From the NCBI RefSeq assembly GCF_000829235.1, contig NZ_AP012549.1, positions 690,001 to 722,000 on the forward strand: a DNA stretch of 32,000 nucleotides, read 5' to 3'. Below, piece after piece: positions 8,750-17,799 of the stretch (positions are counted from its first letter, which is position 1; the number at the start of each line of letters is the position of its first letter). The notes beneath the pieces are model-generated. The model ran no database searches. It saw only the letters and a program-made list of their open reading frames with translations, and was not told the origin of the DNA. The stretch comes from a cyanobacterium endosymbiont of Epithemia turgida isolate EtSB Lake Yunoko (lineage in GTDB: Bacteria > Cyanobacteriota > Cyanobacteriia > Cyanobacteriales > Microcystaceae). The position numbers and the translations under genes were made by a program.

Positions 8750-8801
8750 AAATTAGTCATACTAAAGATCAATGCTAATTAACTTTTAGTATGACTAATT
8801 T
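8750..8801. repeat. Perfect 17-bp inverted repeat (hairpin) downstream of the 8100-8702 gene
   Basis: aaattagtcatactaaa (8750-8766) pairs perfectly with tttagtatgactaattt (8785-8801) across an 18-nt loop. It is followed by A7 on the + strand, so it is not a canonical + strand terminator. Confidence 0.8.
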
Positions 8802-9269
8802 AAAAAAATGTCACTGAAACAGATTAAAGTCTTAGTGGGGTTTAGTTTATCTAACAAATCATATAAACTTTAATAAAATACATGTCAACCTTGATTCCTT
8901 TACATTAATTTCTGTGACAAATATTTATTATACTTATTTATATAAGTTAATAAAATTCGAATTGAAGGAGTCATAACAATCATGTAAATATTGTTATTAT
9001 CTTATTTGTTATTAGTTTAGTCGTCGCTGTAGCAATCAAGACCACAGCTCATTTCCGTAGTGAATAAACTAAACCTATCCACAAGATAAACTAGCATTCT
9101 AAATCCTTTGAAATCTTGTTTCAATCTATAACTGATCAAGGAATAAACTACAGAGATAGTCACCCTGTATTTAACAAAGATGCGTATGGTAGTCAAAAAC
9201 TATCCATGAGCTAAAACCTGTAGTGGTTATAAGCTGTCAACCGCTATTAACTTTTTCAAGGAAGGATTG

Positions 9270-10175
9270 TTATTTATCATCAATCTTCGATAGCAATTTG
9301 ATAGCTTTCTGACAGAGAAGTTCATGACAGTGACCATTGCTGGCAATTAATCCTCCCCACTGTTCAACATCCCCCTTGTTATAGGCTAAAGGTGTGCCAT
9401 CAAAGTTAGTGAATTTTCCTCCTGCTTCTATTAGGAGCAACTCAGGAGCAGCGAAGTCCCAGTCTTTGGGAGCAGATTTGCCAGACAAAGAAGCATAAAC
9501 ATCAGATTTTTGTTCAAGAATAGTAGAAATCTTTCCTCCAACACTCCCCATATAGTTACAATCTTTCAATGGTAAGCTATTGATCAATTCCTGAAAACGA
9601 TCATCACGATGGGTTCGACTCACCACTAAGAACAAATCTTTCATTTGATTTCGTCCTGAAACACGAATAGGTCTAACTATTCCGTCGGGAGTTTCTACAA
9701 AAGTACCCTGATGTTTCGCTGCAAAATATAGTTTTTTAGCTTCAGGAATGCCAACTACGGAAACAACAGGATGACCTTTATAAACTAGGGCAATATGTAG
9801 AGCATATTCCCCAGTTTTATCAATAAAATCTCTAGTACCATCAAGAGGATCAATAATCCACACCCAGTCTTGAGGAATAGGATCAGTTTCTTGGTAAGTT
9901 TCTTCACTAAGATAACCAAAACTGTCAGGAGCAAAAACTTCTTGTAATTTCTCTAAAATATAGTGGTTGGCAGCCAAATCTGCCGCAGTGATTGGTCCAT
10001 CTTTTTTATCTTCATTAACATCTAGATTGCCTTTATTGGCTTCCCTTCGGTAGTAAGAACGAAGAATTTCAGTGGCTCCCCAAGCAACAGAGCGAACAAC
10101 CTTAAGAATTTCCTCTAAATTTTTGGTCTGTGTAGTTTCCAAAAGACCCTCAACTTTACTTTTTGTAATTTTCAA
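9270..10175 (-). CDS. Inositol monophosphatase family protein (CysQ/SuhB-like 3'(2'),5'-bisphosphate nucleotidase)
   Basis: 301-aa ORF with IMPase signature motifs (LSEET, WIIDPLDGTRDF, WDFAAPELLLIEAGG). The only available start in the N-terminal region is TTG (10175 or codon 12), so the start is uncertain. Confidence 0.8.
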   Translation of the reverse strand: MKITKSKVEGLLETTQTKNLEEILKVVRSVAWGATEILRSYYRREANKGNLDVNEDKKDGPITAADLAANHYILEKLQEVFAPDSFGYLSEETYQETDPIPQDWVWIIDPLDGTRDFIDKTGEYALHIALVYKGHPVVSVVGIPEAKKLYFAAKHQGTFVETPDGIVRPIRVSGRNQMKDLFLVVSRTHRDDRFQELINSLPLKDCNYMGSVGGKISTILEQKSDVYASLSGKSAPKDWDFAAPELLLIEAGGKFTNFDGTPLAYNKGDVEQWGGLIASNGHCHELLCQKAIKLLSKIDDK

Positions 10176-10256
10176 TTGTAAGATGATACCCTACCTGTCC
10201 TAAAAGTTTTTGAGTTTCTTAATAAAAAAAAATTTATCTTTTTTTTGAATAATTTT

Positions 10257-10678
10257 GCCCCCGTTTGCAGATCCCTAATAGCTTCAGGTTGGTTATTTAA
10301 GACTAGACAAACTTTAGCCCGTTAGAGGTAGACTTCAGCAAATTCATTATCTAGATATAAGGCATAGTTAAAATCAGCGATTGCTTGGGAATAGTTGTTT
10401 ATTTTAGTATAGGCAATGTCTCGATTGTAGTAGGATTCTGCATCGTAAATATTAAAGCGAATCACTTGAGTAAAATCTGCAATTGCCCCTTAATAATCTC
10501 CTTTAATTCCTTTTTCCATACCTTCAATCAAGATTTCTTCAAGGTTATGAACGTCATTGGACTGTCGACTCAAAAAAATAACTTCCTGGAAAGGACTATA
10601 GAGAAGACTATGTCCTTGCGTGAAGGATAAAACAATCAATATCTCAAGATAGTTAAAATAACATAAACTCATTATCAT
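10257..10678 (-). pseudogene. TPR-repeat protein remnant
   Basis: The reverse strand reads ...GIKGDY*GAIADFTQVIRFNIYDAESYYNRDIAYTKINNYSQAIADFNYALYLDNEFAEVYL*RAKVCLVLNNQPEAIRDLQTG. These are tandem TPR motifs (AIADF..AL.l.p..aeay.nRg) with at least two in-frame stops. ORF 10490-10678 is its 5' piece. Confidence 0.6.
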
Positions 10679-11214
10679 CAGGGTATGAAAGAAAGATAGT
10701 TTTTATATTATGATGTTGAATGCTTATAATTTTTAACAGATCTGGGAATTATTAGAGAAAATAGATTGTTCAATCAAAATAAATTTTCTCTATGCTCCTC
10801 TTCAGAGATATTGAGAGATTTACCTAATCTCTTTTTAGTAGCTAACTGATAGAGTCAGACTACATTAATTTAACTCAGATACAACAAGGATTGATCGAAC
10901 TCGAAATCTAGATTATCTGCTTATAATAGTTATTGAATAAATTACCAGTCAATCTATTCCACCTGAGTTAATGTGACAAAATTGAAACTTCATCAGAGGT
11001 GGGGATTTCCTTGGTAGTGACCATGGTAAATTTTTGTGATATCAATACAAACAATTTAGTAAGCGTGTCAAAAAACAATGTTCCTTGGTAACAGATGAGC
11101 ATTATTTAAGAGAATTACAATAAATTATCTGGTGAGGTCATGAACCTATATAAATAACAATACAATAATAAAAAGTAGTTTAACATTTATTGAGAATATA
11201 AATAATCTAGTTAA

Positions 11215-11263
11215 TTATTATTAGACTTTGTATTTATTGCAAAAATACAAAGTCTAATAATAA
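11215..11263. repeat. Perfect 21-bp stem hairpin
   Basis: ttattattagactttgtattt (11215-11235) is the exact reverse complement of aaatacaaagtctaataataa (11243-11263). The loop is the 7 nt attgcaa. Confidence 0.85.
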
Positions 11264-11291
11264 CTTTTTATATTTCAGATAAATTCTATCG

Positions 11292-11333
11292 TTTTACTAA
11301 TAATTTTATTAGCTAATAAAATTATTAGTAAAA
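11292..11333. repeat. Perfect 42-bp palindrome
   Basis: ttttactaataattttattag|ctaataaaattattagtaaaa consists of two exact 21-nt arms with no loop. It lies 28 nt downstream of the previous hairpin. Confidence 0.85.
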
Positions 11334-11851
11334 TCATTATAAACTAATTAATTTCACGAAATATTGAACATAAAAAAGATTTATTATCAATTACTATAAA
11401 AAGCTAGAAGAGAGCTATAAGTAGCTATAGTATAATGCAAAAATAGTTAAATGTCTTTCAAAGACAACATCTATACATTTTCTAATTATTTAAAATTTCA
11501 ATAAACTATTTCTTATATTCATAGAAGTCAATAAATAATTAGAAATTTAATCATTTTTAGATAAGATATTTACTTATTGTAAAGTATATCTTTAAGAAAT
11601 TGTAAGGCTATCAATATAGCATAAAAGATTAAATAAATTACTGTAGACTACAACAATAAACAAGATAAATCACTGAAAAACTGCAGTTTACCCAAACTAT
11701 CCTAGTAAATGGTTTTATGCAGATATTTTTAAAAAATCTTGTATTTTCTTCTCAAGAAAGCCTATTTATTAGTCTTTCTCGTGAAAAGGGTATGATCTTC
11801 TTCCATTTAGAAAATAAGAAAGTGTTGACCAAAGTATATCCATAAGAAACT

Positions 11852-11894
11852 GCAGATGATTACAGGTTTCTAAGAGAAGCTTGTAATCATCTGC
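11852..11894 (+). promoter_or_regulatory. 15-bp stem hairpin in the gcvH leader region
   Basis: gcagatgattacagg (11852-11866) pairs with cttgtaatcatctgc (11880-11894), giving 14 Watson-Crick pairs plus one G-U. It sits 100 nt upstream of the gcvH ATG. Its function is unknown. Confidence 0.35.
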
Positions 11895-11994
11895 TACAGA
11901 TTACAAGATTTATCTTGAAATTTGTAACAAAATTCTATCTCCTTCAGCATTAGCGGTGTTAAACTTACGTTTGCTGTGAATTTGAGAATAAAAA

Positions 11995-12390
11995 ATGGAC
12001 TTAGAATATCCCGATGATCTAAGATACTTAGATTCCCATGAATACATTCGTTTAGATGGAAAAATCGCTACTATTGGCATTAGTGCTTATGCGCTCGAAC
12101 AACTTGGAGATATAGTGTTTTTAGAATTACCTGAAGTAGGAGATTCCATAGAGATTGGGGAAGTTTTTGGGGCAATTGAATCAGTAAAAGCGGCTGAGGA
12201 TCTCTATCCTCCCGTATCAGGTACTGTTGTAGACCGCAATGAACAGATGATTGAAACTCCTGAACAGATCGCTGATGACCCGTACGGAGATGGATGGTTA
12301 CTCAAAATTCGGGTTGAAAACCTTGATGATCATTTGGACAATACTTTATCTGCTAGTGAATATCAAGCTCAAGTAGAAGGAGAAGAATAA
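11995..12390 (+). CDS. gcvH: Glycine cleavage system H protein
   Basis: 131-aa ORF with the lipoyl-lysine motif [18 protein letters not shown], and with [12 protein letters not shown] and [13 protein letters not shown], all typical of GcvH. Confidence 0.92.
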   Translation: MDLEYPDDLRYLDSHEYIRLDGKIATIGISAYALEQLGDIVFLELPEVGDSIEIGEVFGAIESVKAAEDLYPPVSGTVVDRNEQMIETPEQIADDPYGDGWLLKIRVENLDDHLDNTLSASEYQAQVEGEE

Positions 12391-12420
12391 CATTATTGAT
12401 ATGTTACTTTGCCATAAATG

Positions 12421-12456
12421 AACCCAAAAAAGGTGTTCCCATTACGGAGAACACCT
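12421..12456 (-). terminator. Intrinsic terminator on the minus strand, immediately 3' of the psbA remnant
   Basis: An 8-bp GC-containing stem, aggtgttc (12431-12438) with gaacacct (12449-12456), and a 10-nt loop. On the minus strand it is followed by TTTTTTGGGTT, the complement of 12421-12431. Confidence 0.55.
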
Positions 12457-12464
12457 GAAAATCA

Positions 12465-13530
12465 ACTAGAGTTAAAATGTTGGCTATAAATAATAGGGGC
12501 TGTTCACCATTAGCTAAATCAAAGGGTAGTTGTGAGCGTTTCGTTCGTACATTATTTTCATTATTCCAATTCCCACATAGTTTAAGACATCAGTCTAGGT
12601 ACTAATCGTACGATCTTAAGAAGATGATATTAATTGGTCGAAATTAAATTCACTTAAGGTTAAAGTCCATTAAGTTGATTTCCATTGTTGTTAACCAGAT
12701 ACTAATAACAGGCTAGTCCTCTAAAAAAAGAAGTGTAAAGCACAGCTATCATTAAAAGATACATATTGAAAGATTAAGTGGACCAAATAACCGTTAACAG
12801 CCATAATATTATAGTTTTTCTCTTCTTATTCCAAGTCAGAATTATAGTTCTGAGACTCTATATGGCAGAAAATAGTGCCCCACTAAATACACCGACAACC
12901 CCCAACATGTAAAATTGGTGTATCAATATATTGTATTCTGTTTGAAATACAACCACAAAATTAAAAGTTCCATTGATTCCTACGAGCATTTTATCAGAGA
13001 GGTATCCTTGACTAATTAGGATAGACGAGGAAAACAGTGGTTGTCGTAGAAATACACATACTATAAGTAATAAAAATTCAAGGAGCTATTCCTAAACGGT
13101 TAATAGAGTTCTTATTGTTTTCCCATTTAACAGAAAATACCAATCAGAAAATAAAAAATTCCTAACTGACAAGGATTTTCATTGTATAGCGACTCATCTA
13201 GGGAGGTTGTTCACCACAAAATAGGGTAAAAGTGCAATTTCATGGTGTTAGACGAAGAGATAACCGCTCCAAAAGTAATATGATTTCTATCAAGGAGAAA
13301 ACCGCTACAGTTTCGCTGATATGATAAATATCTACAGTAAGAGGGAGAGTATTTTAGCTGGGTAGAGTCGCAATGAAAGCAATAATAAAACAAATAGTTA
13401 AAGTAGGAATAGTGAGAATAAGAACAACACCAAACCAACCGACATATAGACGGTTATTAATGCCAGGCAACCACTGACAAAACCGTTCCCATAGAAAAAT
13501 ATCTTATCTAGTGTGTAAAGTTACTTTTAT
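12465..13530 (-). pseudogene. psbA: Photosystem II D1 protein pseudogene
   Basis: Reverse-strand translation recovers D1 from end to end, but across several frames. The N-terminus reads [43 protein letters not shown]. Another frame gives ..HITFGAVISSSNTMKLHFYPILW. A further stretch reads [50 protein letters not shown], and the C-terminal end reads MYERNAHNYPL / DLANGEQ. The start-codon position reads ATA (13528-13530), codon 9 is TAA (13504-13506), and a TAG (12858-12860) aligns with His215. Confidence 0.93.
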
Positions 13531-13825
13531 AGGAAAATGATTACTGAATCACAATATTTAAAGTCAGTAATGTAGCAATGACTACGTTTTCTGCATCTAT
13601 AATCTAAGTGTATTTATTCCTTTAGTCTATAATCCACTATTCTTCCTTGTTTTTAACAAAATCATATCCTTTATTATAAGTTTAATAAGTCAAAATAGTT
13701 TTTTAAATTAAAAACCTTAAAATCTTACTATATTTACTTGTATTCTATTAGACATCAAGGTGATTGGTGACGAAACCCTATTTTCTAATATAGTTTTGAT
13801 AAACTGTCATTTTATTTTACTTCTA

Positions 13826-14995
13826 TTAACTATTTCCTGTTCGATTTAAAACATCTTCGGCTGATAGACCATCCCCTTGATAGCCAAAGTACCATAAGGC
13901 GGCTGCGGCTTGAGCGCGAGTGACAGTTTTTTTAGGTTGAAACAAGATTATATAACCAAAAACACGGCGGACGTTCCCCTGTTCTCCATTTTGGAAATCA
14001 GCATATAATCCCCGTAATCCTATAGGCTCAATTTGAGTAGTGTCCTGAAACCCCCAAGTTTCTCTAATCCCATCAATAGAAGCTTTAGGTAGACTTTTCC
14101 CCATGTCTAAAGGAACTTTCCAAGCAATTAAATCAGACCGTGTTAACAATTCATTAGGACGGAATAAAAAAGTGTTACTGTCTCCTGTCAGATGAGAGGA
14201 AATTAACCCTGCCTCGGCTAATCCTTGAATTACGGCAAAATCAGCGTCATTTGAAGGAACATCACTAAAAACCGGTTGAGCATTTTTTAATCCTAAATGG
14301 ATTTGTTGCTCAGGATAATCTTGATAAAATTTATTTTTAGCCTTGACTAACCATCGTGCGTATTCCCGACGAGTAATCGGTTCATTAGGGTTAAATTGGT
14401 TATTTTCTTTAGCAGTTAAAATACCCAAGTTTGCTACATCTTTAACATAGGAACGTAAAGCTTCAGGGACTTGATTAAGATCAGAAAAATTAGTGGGTTT
14501 ACTAGTAATAGTTGAAGACTGATCAAAAGAACTATTATTTAATTGAGTCGTATTAACCTGTTTATATCTAATGGTAAATTCTGTTGTTGATTTCATGGGA
14601 AATAGAGATAGTCTAATCTTTAGATTATTTTTTTGAGCAATTAATGAACTTTCTTGAGAGTCAGACGAAAAAGACTGAATAATTTCCCATTTTTGCAACT
14701 TTAATTGCTGTTCATAAAAATTCTTAACTGTCTCAGTAGGTTCATTGGTTTTCCAACTAACTTCTCCGTTATTTTGTGTAATTTTTTGATTTATTTCTTG
14801 TAGAGTAGCTTGGGGATATTGGGGAATTTCTGAGGGAAAATTATTGGGAAGTTTAATGATTGGATTTTGATGAATTTCTGAATTTTTTGTAAATTTAGGA
14901 TTTGCAGAAAATCGACTTTCTAACCCTTCTATTCCCCTACATGCTGTTAATAGTCCTATTAAGGAAAGCAAAATACTGTAACGTATCACAACCAT
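13826..14995 (-). CDS. S-layer-homology (SLH) domain lipoprotein
   Basis: A signal peptide with the lipobox LLTAC, followed by three SLH-like repeats (FSDLNQVP..YVKDVANLGILT...PITRREYARWLV; FSDVPSNDADFAVIQGLAEAGLIS...LLTRSDLIAW; ...FQPKKTVTRAQAAAALWYF). I prefer the ATG at 14995 to the TTG at 15007 used by the ORF track. Confidence 0.8.
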   Translation of the reverse strand: MVVIRYSILLSLIGLLTACRGIEGLESRFSANPKFTKNSEIHQNPIIKLPNNFPSEIPQYPQATLQEINQKITQNNGEVSWKTNEPTETVKNFYEQQLKLQKWEIIQSFSSDSQESSLIAQKNNLKIRLSLFPMKSTTEFTIRYKQVNTTQLNNSSFDQSSTITSKPTNFSDLNQVPEALRSYVKDVANLGILTAKENNQFNPNEPITRREYARWLVKAKNKFYQDYPEQQIHLGLKNAQPVFSDVPSNDADFAVIQGLAEAGLISSHLTGDSNTFLFRPNELLTRSDLIAWKVPLDMGKSLPKASIDGIRETWGFQDTTQIEPIGLRGLYADFQNGEQGNVRRVFGYIILFQPKKTVTRAQAAAALWYFGYQGDGLSAEDVLNRTGNS

Positions 14996-15007
14996 AAGCC
15001 TAAACAA

Positions 15008-17197
15008 TACCTAAAGAATTAAGAGTTCGTTTATCTAGACTAACGCATTACAGCAAAAGTAGAGTAAGCAGATATTATGTCTCTTCTAAATATAGAGAAT
15101 ATAATTATTCTTTTTTATCTCAAATATTACTGTTCTTACAAAGCAAGCGACATAATAAGTATACAGCTTTAAATAAAATTTTAAAAATATAAATTATTTT
15201 ATATCTCTATATCTACTAAAGTAGAGCTATTTTTCTATTGTTTTATTTTTTTAAAAAAATAATAAAAATTTTTATTCAGTCAATAATAATGTAGCTATTT
15301 ACTTTATTTTATAATGTTTATTTTTACAATATTGTACTAATAATTTTTACTGTATTTTATATAAAATAACGTATTTTATATAAGTGAATAAATATTGCCA
15401 TGTTTTTATTTTTTTATCTTTTTTCTTGAAAAATATTTATCTTAAATACTTTAAAATAAATATTTTTTTCTTTTTTTGTATATTTATAATTTCAACTACA
15501 AAGTACTTTTTTTAGATTGAAAATTATCAATTTTTAGCTATCTATTTTATTAAACCTAATATCTCAGATGAACGATTACAGCCTAAAAATCTAGATTGAA
15601 CTATCGAAAATTCTATTTTGATATTTTTTTTATTTGCTTTCTACTTTTTTTTCAACGTTAAAGCGATTACTTTATGTTCTCATACATCTCATATTTAAGT
15701 TCATCTCTTAAGATGTTACTTTTGCATTTGCAATTATATTGTTTAAAAAACTTCGACATGAAAGTCTTATTTGGACAAATAGGAAAAAATTGGAGATCTA
15801 AAACTATAATTTTATCGTTAAATCTATAATAGAAAAAAATATAACTATGACCTTTTAACTTTATATAAATCTCTTTATCATCATGAAGATGTACTCAAAT
15901 ATAATTACTGAATCTATTAGTATAATACTAATTTTTTTTAAATATTTAAGATAAATTTAAGACAATAACCTTATCCCAACCCCGACTATAAATATATTTT
16001 TTGACTGTGGCAGTATACTACTCTCCTCTATTTTTAGAATAAACTTTATACCATACAATAGTAAGTTTTTTATGTGGTTATTTACATTCAAAGATTTTAG
16101 GAACTAACTTCTACCATAAATAGGGAATAACATTGCTGCACCCTTTATCTGTTTTCTACCTAAAATTAGAATGACTTTAAATAAATTTAACCTGAAATTT
16201 AATTTTTTAGACTCCGACTTCTCATATTAGTTAGCTAGGATCCGATCTCAAATAATATTGTTTCGCATAATTAACTTTTACATGATATATAACAAATAGT
16301 TAACAACTCATCCTCATCCTAAACTTCAAAATTTATTCTGTAAACATTGAAGCTACACTTTTTGTTCTAATCACAACTAAAAAACATTTGCATTCATAGT
16401 GAATTTCTTTGCTTAAAGCCTATATTGCTAATTAACTACTAAGTTAATTAGCAATATTACGGATAATATTTATCTTGATCATTAGTAGCTATGATACCTA
16501 CATCAAAAATTCCAAAGCTTGTTTTTGGTTTATTTGAAACGCTGCATTTTACATCCACTTCATCTCAAATTGTTGCGTTAAGCTGAGATTGGAAAATTTT
16601 GACTTTATACAGACCTCTTGAAAAAATAAAAACCTCATTTGTACTACCCCAACAAAGTTAATCCCACAAAGGTACTTTTTTTAGAAAATCTAACAAAAAC
16701 TTAACAAAATGTCTAGTTTAAAACCTATAAACTAGGCATTTTTAGCTTGGACAGCATTTGGAGACCCAATTAATAAGCTCTATGAGTCGACAGAATATGC
16801 ACATAACATTATTCTTGGCAAGATATTTGTCAACAATTTACTCAGCATGAACAAAATATTAAGTATATCTACTCACAAAAACAGAAAATTCGAATAACTT
16901 TCTTTCAAATCATTTGACGAATACTGTAAAGAATCTGTAATAATCTAAAAGGGCAGTATATTTTGCAGTCCTTATTCATTGCCAGAACTGTTAAAGATTA
17001 AAACAAAATCGTGAGTGATCACCCTATCAGCACAGCTAGAGGTAAGATAATTTCGACGGCACAAGCCAATATTACTAACAATAATCTGGGTTTTATAGAA
17101 ATACGTCTCCGAAAAATTTCTGGACAAGTCTCTATATAAATCATATTTCGATATGGCTGATCATTGCTAAACTAATGAGTTTTTTTTAAACCAATCA
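15008..17197. other. 2.2-kb extremely AT-rich gene desert
   Basis: No ORF of 60 codons or more occurs on either strand apart from the edge artefact 17167-17373. The region has long A/T homopolymer runs and low-complexity strings, and I found no recognisable protein remnant in any frame. Confidence 0.75.
16422..16457. repeat. Perfect 16-bp stem hairpin inside the desert
   Basis: atattgctaattaact (16422-16437) is the exact reverse complement of agttaattagcaatat (16442-16457). The loop is the 4 nt acta. Confidence 0.8.
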
Positions 17198-17212
17198 ATG
17201 GAGATATATCCT

Positions 17213-17677
17213 ATGCCCATACGTTTATATATCGGTAACTTACCCAAAGAACCTATCGAACGCCAAGCTTTGGAAGAAATGTTTGCTAATGCTGGTGAAA
17301 TTATGTCGACAAAAGTAATTAAAGATCGCAAAACGGGAAAATGCCGAGGGTTTGCTTTTGTCACTGTAGCCACAGATGAATTAGCCGATGCGTTTATCGA
17401 GGAATATAACGGTCAACTTTTCATGGATAGTTCTCTCAAAATTGAAAAAGCCTTACCGAGAGCTAAAAACACAGACAAAGAAGAAAACCAAGAAGAAAAG
17501 CTTGCCCCAATTCCGGCTCCATCTCCGAAGTCATCAATGAAAAAAGGTGGTGCCAAAAAACGGTCTCGTGCTCAAAGCAGTGACAGTAGTCCCTCTGGCG
17601 ATAGCTTTCAACCTGATCCACGTTGGGCTGATGAGTTAGCTAAGCTTAAAGAAATGCTTGCTACTTCATCTAATTAG
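17213..17677 (+). CDS. rbp: RRM-type RNA-binding protein with a long C-terminal extension (Rbp3-like class)
   Basis: The RNP1 and RNP2 motifs are present (IRLYIGNLP; CRGFAFVTV). The acidic/basic tail ends in the conserved PDPRWADELAKLKEML motif. I place the start at ATG 17213 because GGAGA (17200-17204) lies 8 nt upstream and RRM proteins begin M-x-I-R-L-Y-V-G-N-L. The track start at 17198 adds 5 residues. Confidence 0.85.
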   Translation: MPIRLYIGNLPKEPIERQALEEMFANAGEIMSTKVIKDRKTGKCRGFAFVTVATDELADAFIEEYNGQLFMDSSLKIEKALPRAKNTDKEENQEEKLAPIPAPSPKSSMKKGGAKKRSRAQSSDSSPSGDSFQPDPRWADELAKLKEMLATSSN

Positions 17678-17799
17678 AAGAATGTTAGGGTAAAGGGTGG
17701 GTTCATAAAAAATGACTGATTAAGTAATTACTCATCCTCTATTCTTGAAGTTGGAATCTAAAAATCCAGACGAATAATCTGCTGTTAAGGAGTTTAACC

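Larger units (their letters stand above)
10679..11994. other. 1.3-kb AT-rich ORF-free spacer upstream of gcvH
   Basis: No ORF of 60 codons or more occurs on either strand, and I could recognise no protein remnant in any frame. The spacer contains the palindromes listed separately. Confidence 0.7.

Noticed and set aside
11700-11994. Possible glycine riboswitch upstream of gcvH, prompted by the 15-bp hairpin at 11852-11894.
   Set aside because: I could not find the conserved glycine-riboswitch core elements (the GGAGAG...CACCG-type aptamer signature) anywhere in the leader. The hairpin alone is insufficient, and an Infernal scan would be needed to settle it.
13211-13438. 75-aa ORF on the minus strand, listed in the ORF track as a possible gene.
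   Set aside because: It is a piece of the psbA wreck. Its C-terminal end (SSSNTMKLHFYPILW) is the true D1 frame, and the remainder is an out-of-frame read of D1 codons.
15340-15600. Short direct repeats in the AT-rich desert (gtattttatataa twice, 19 nt apart; tagattgaa twice, about 74 nt apart), considered as a CRISPR-like or tandem array.
   Set aside because: There are only two copies of each, with irregular spacing, low-complexity sequence and no cas genes. This is consistent with slippage or chance in roughly 80% AT DNA.
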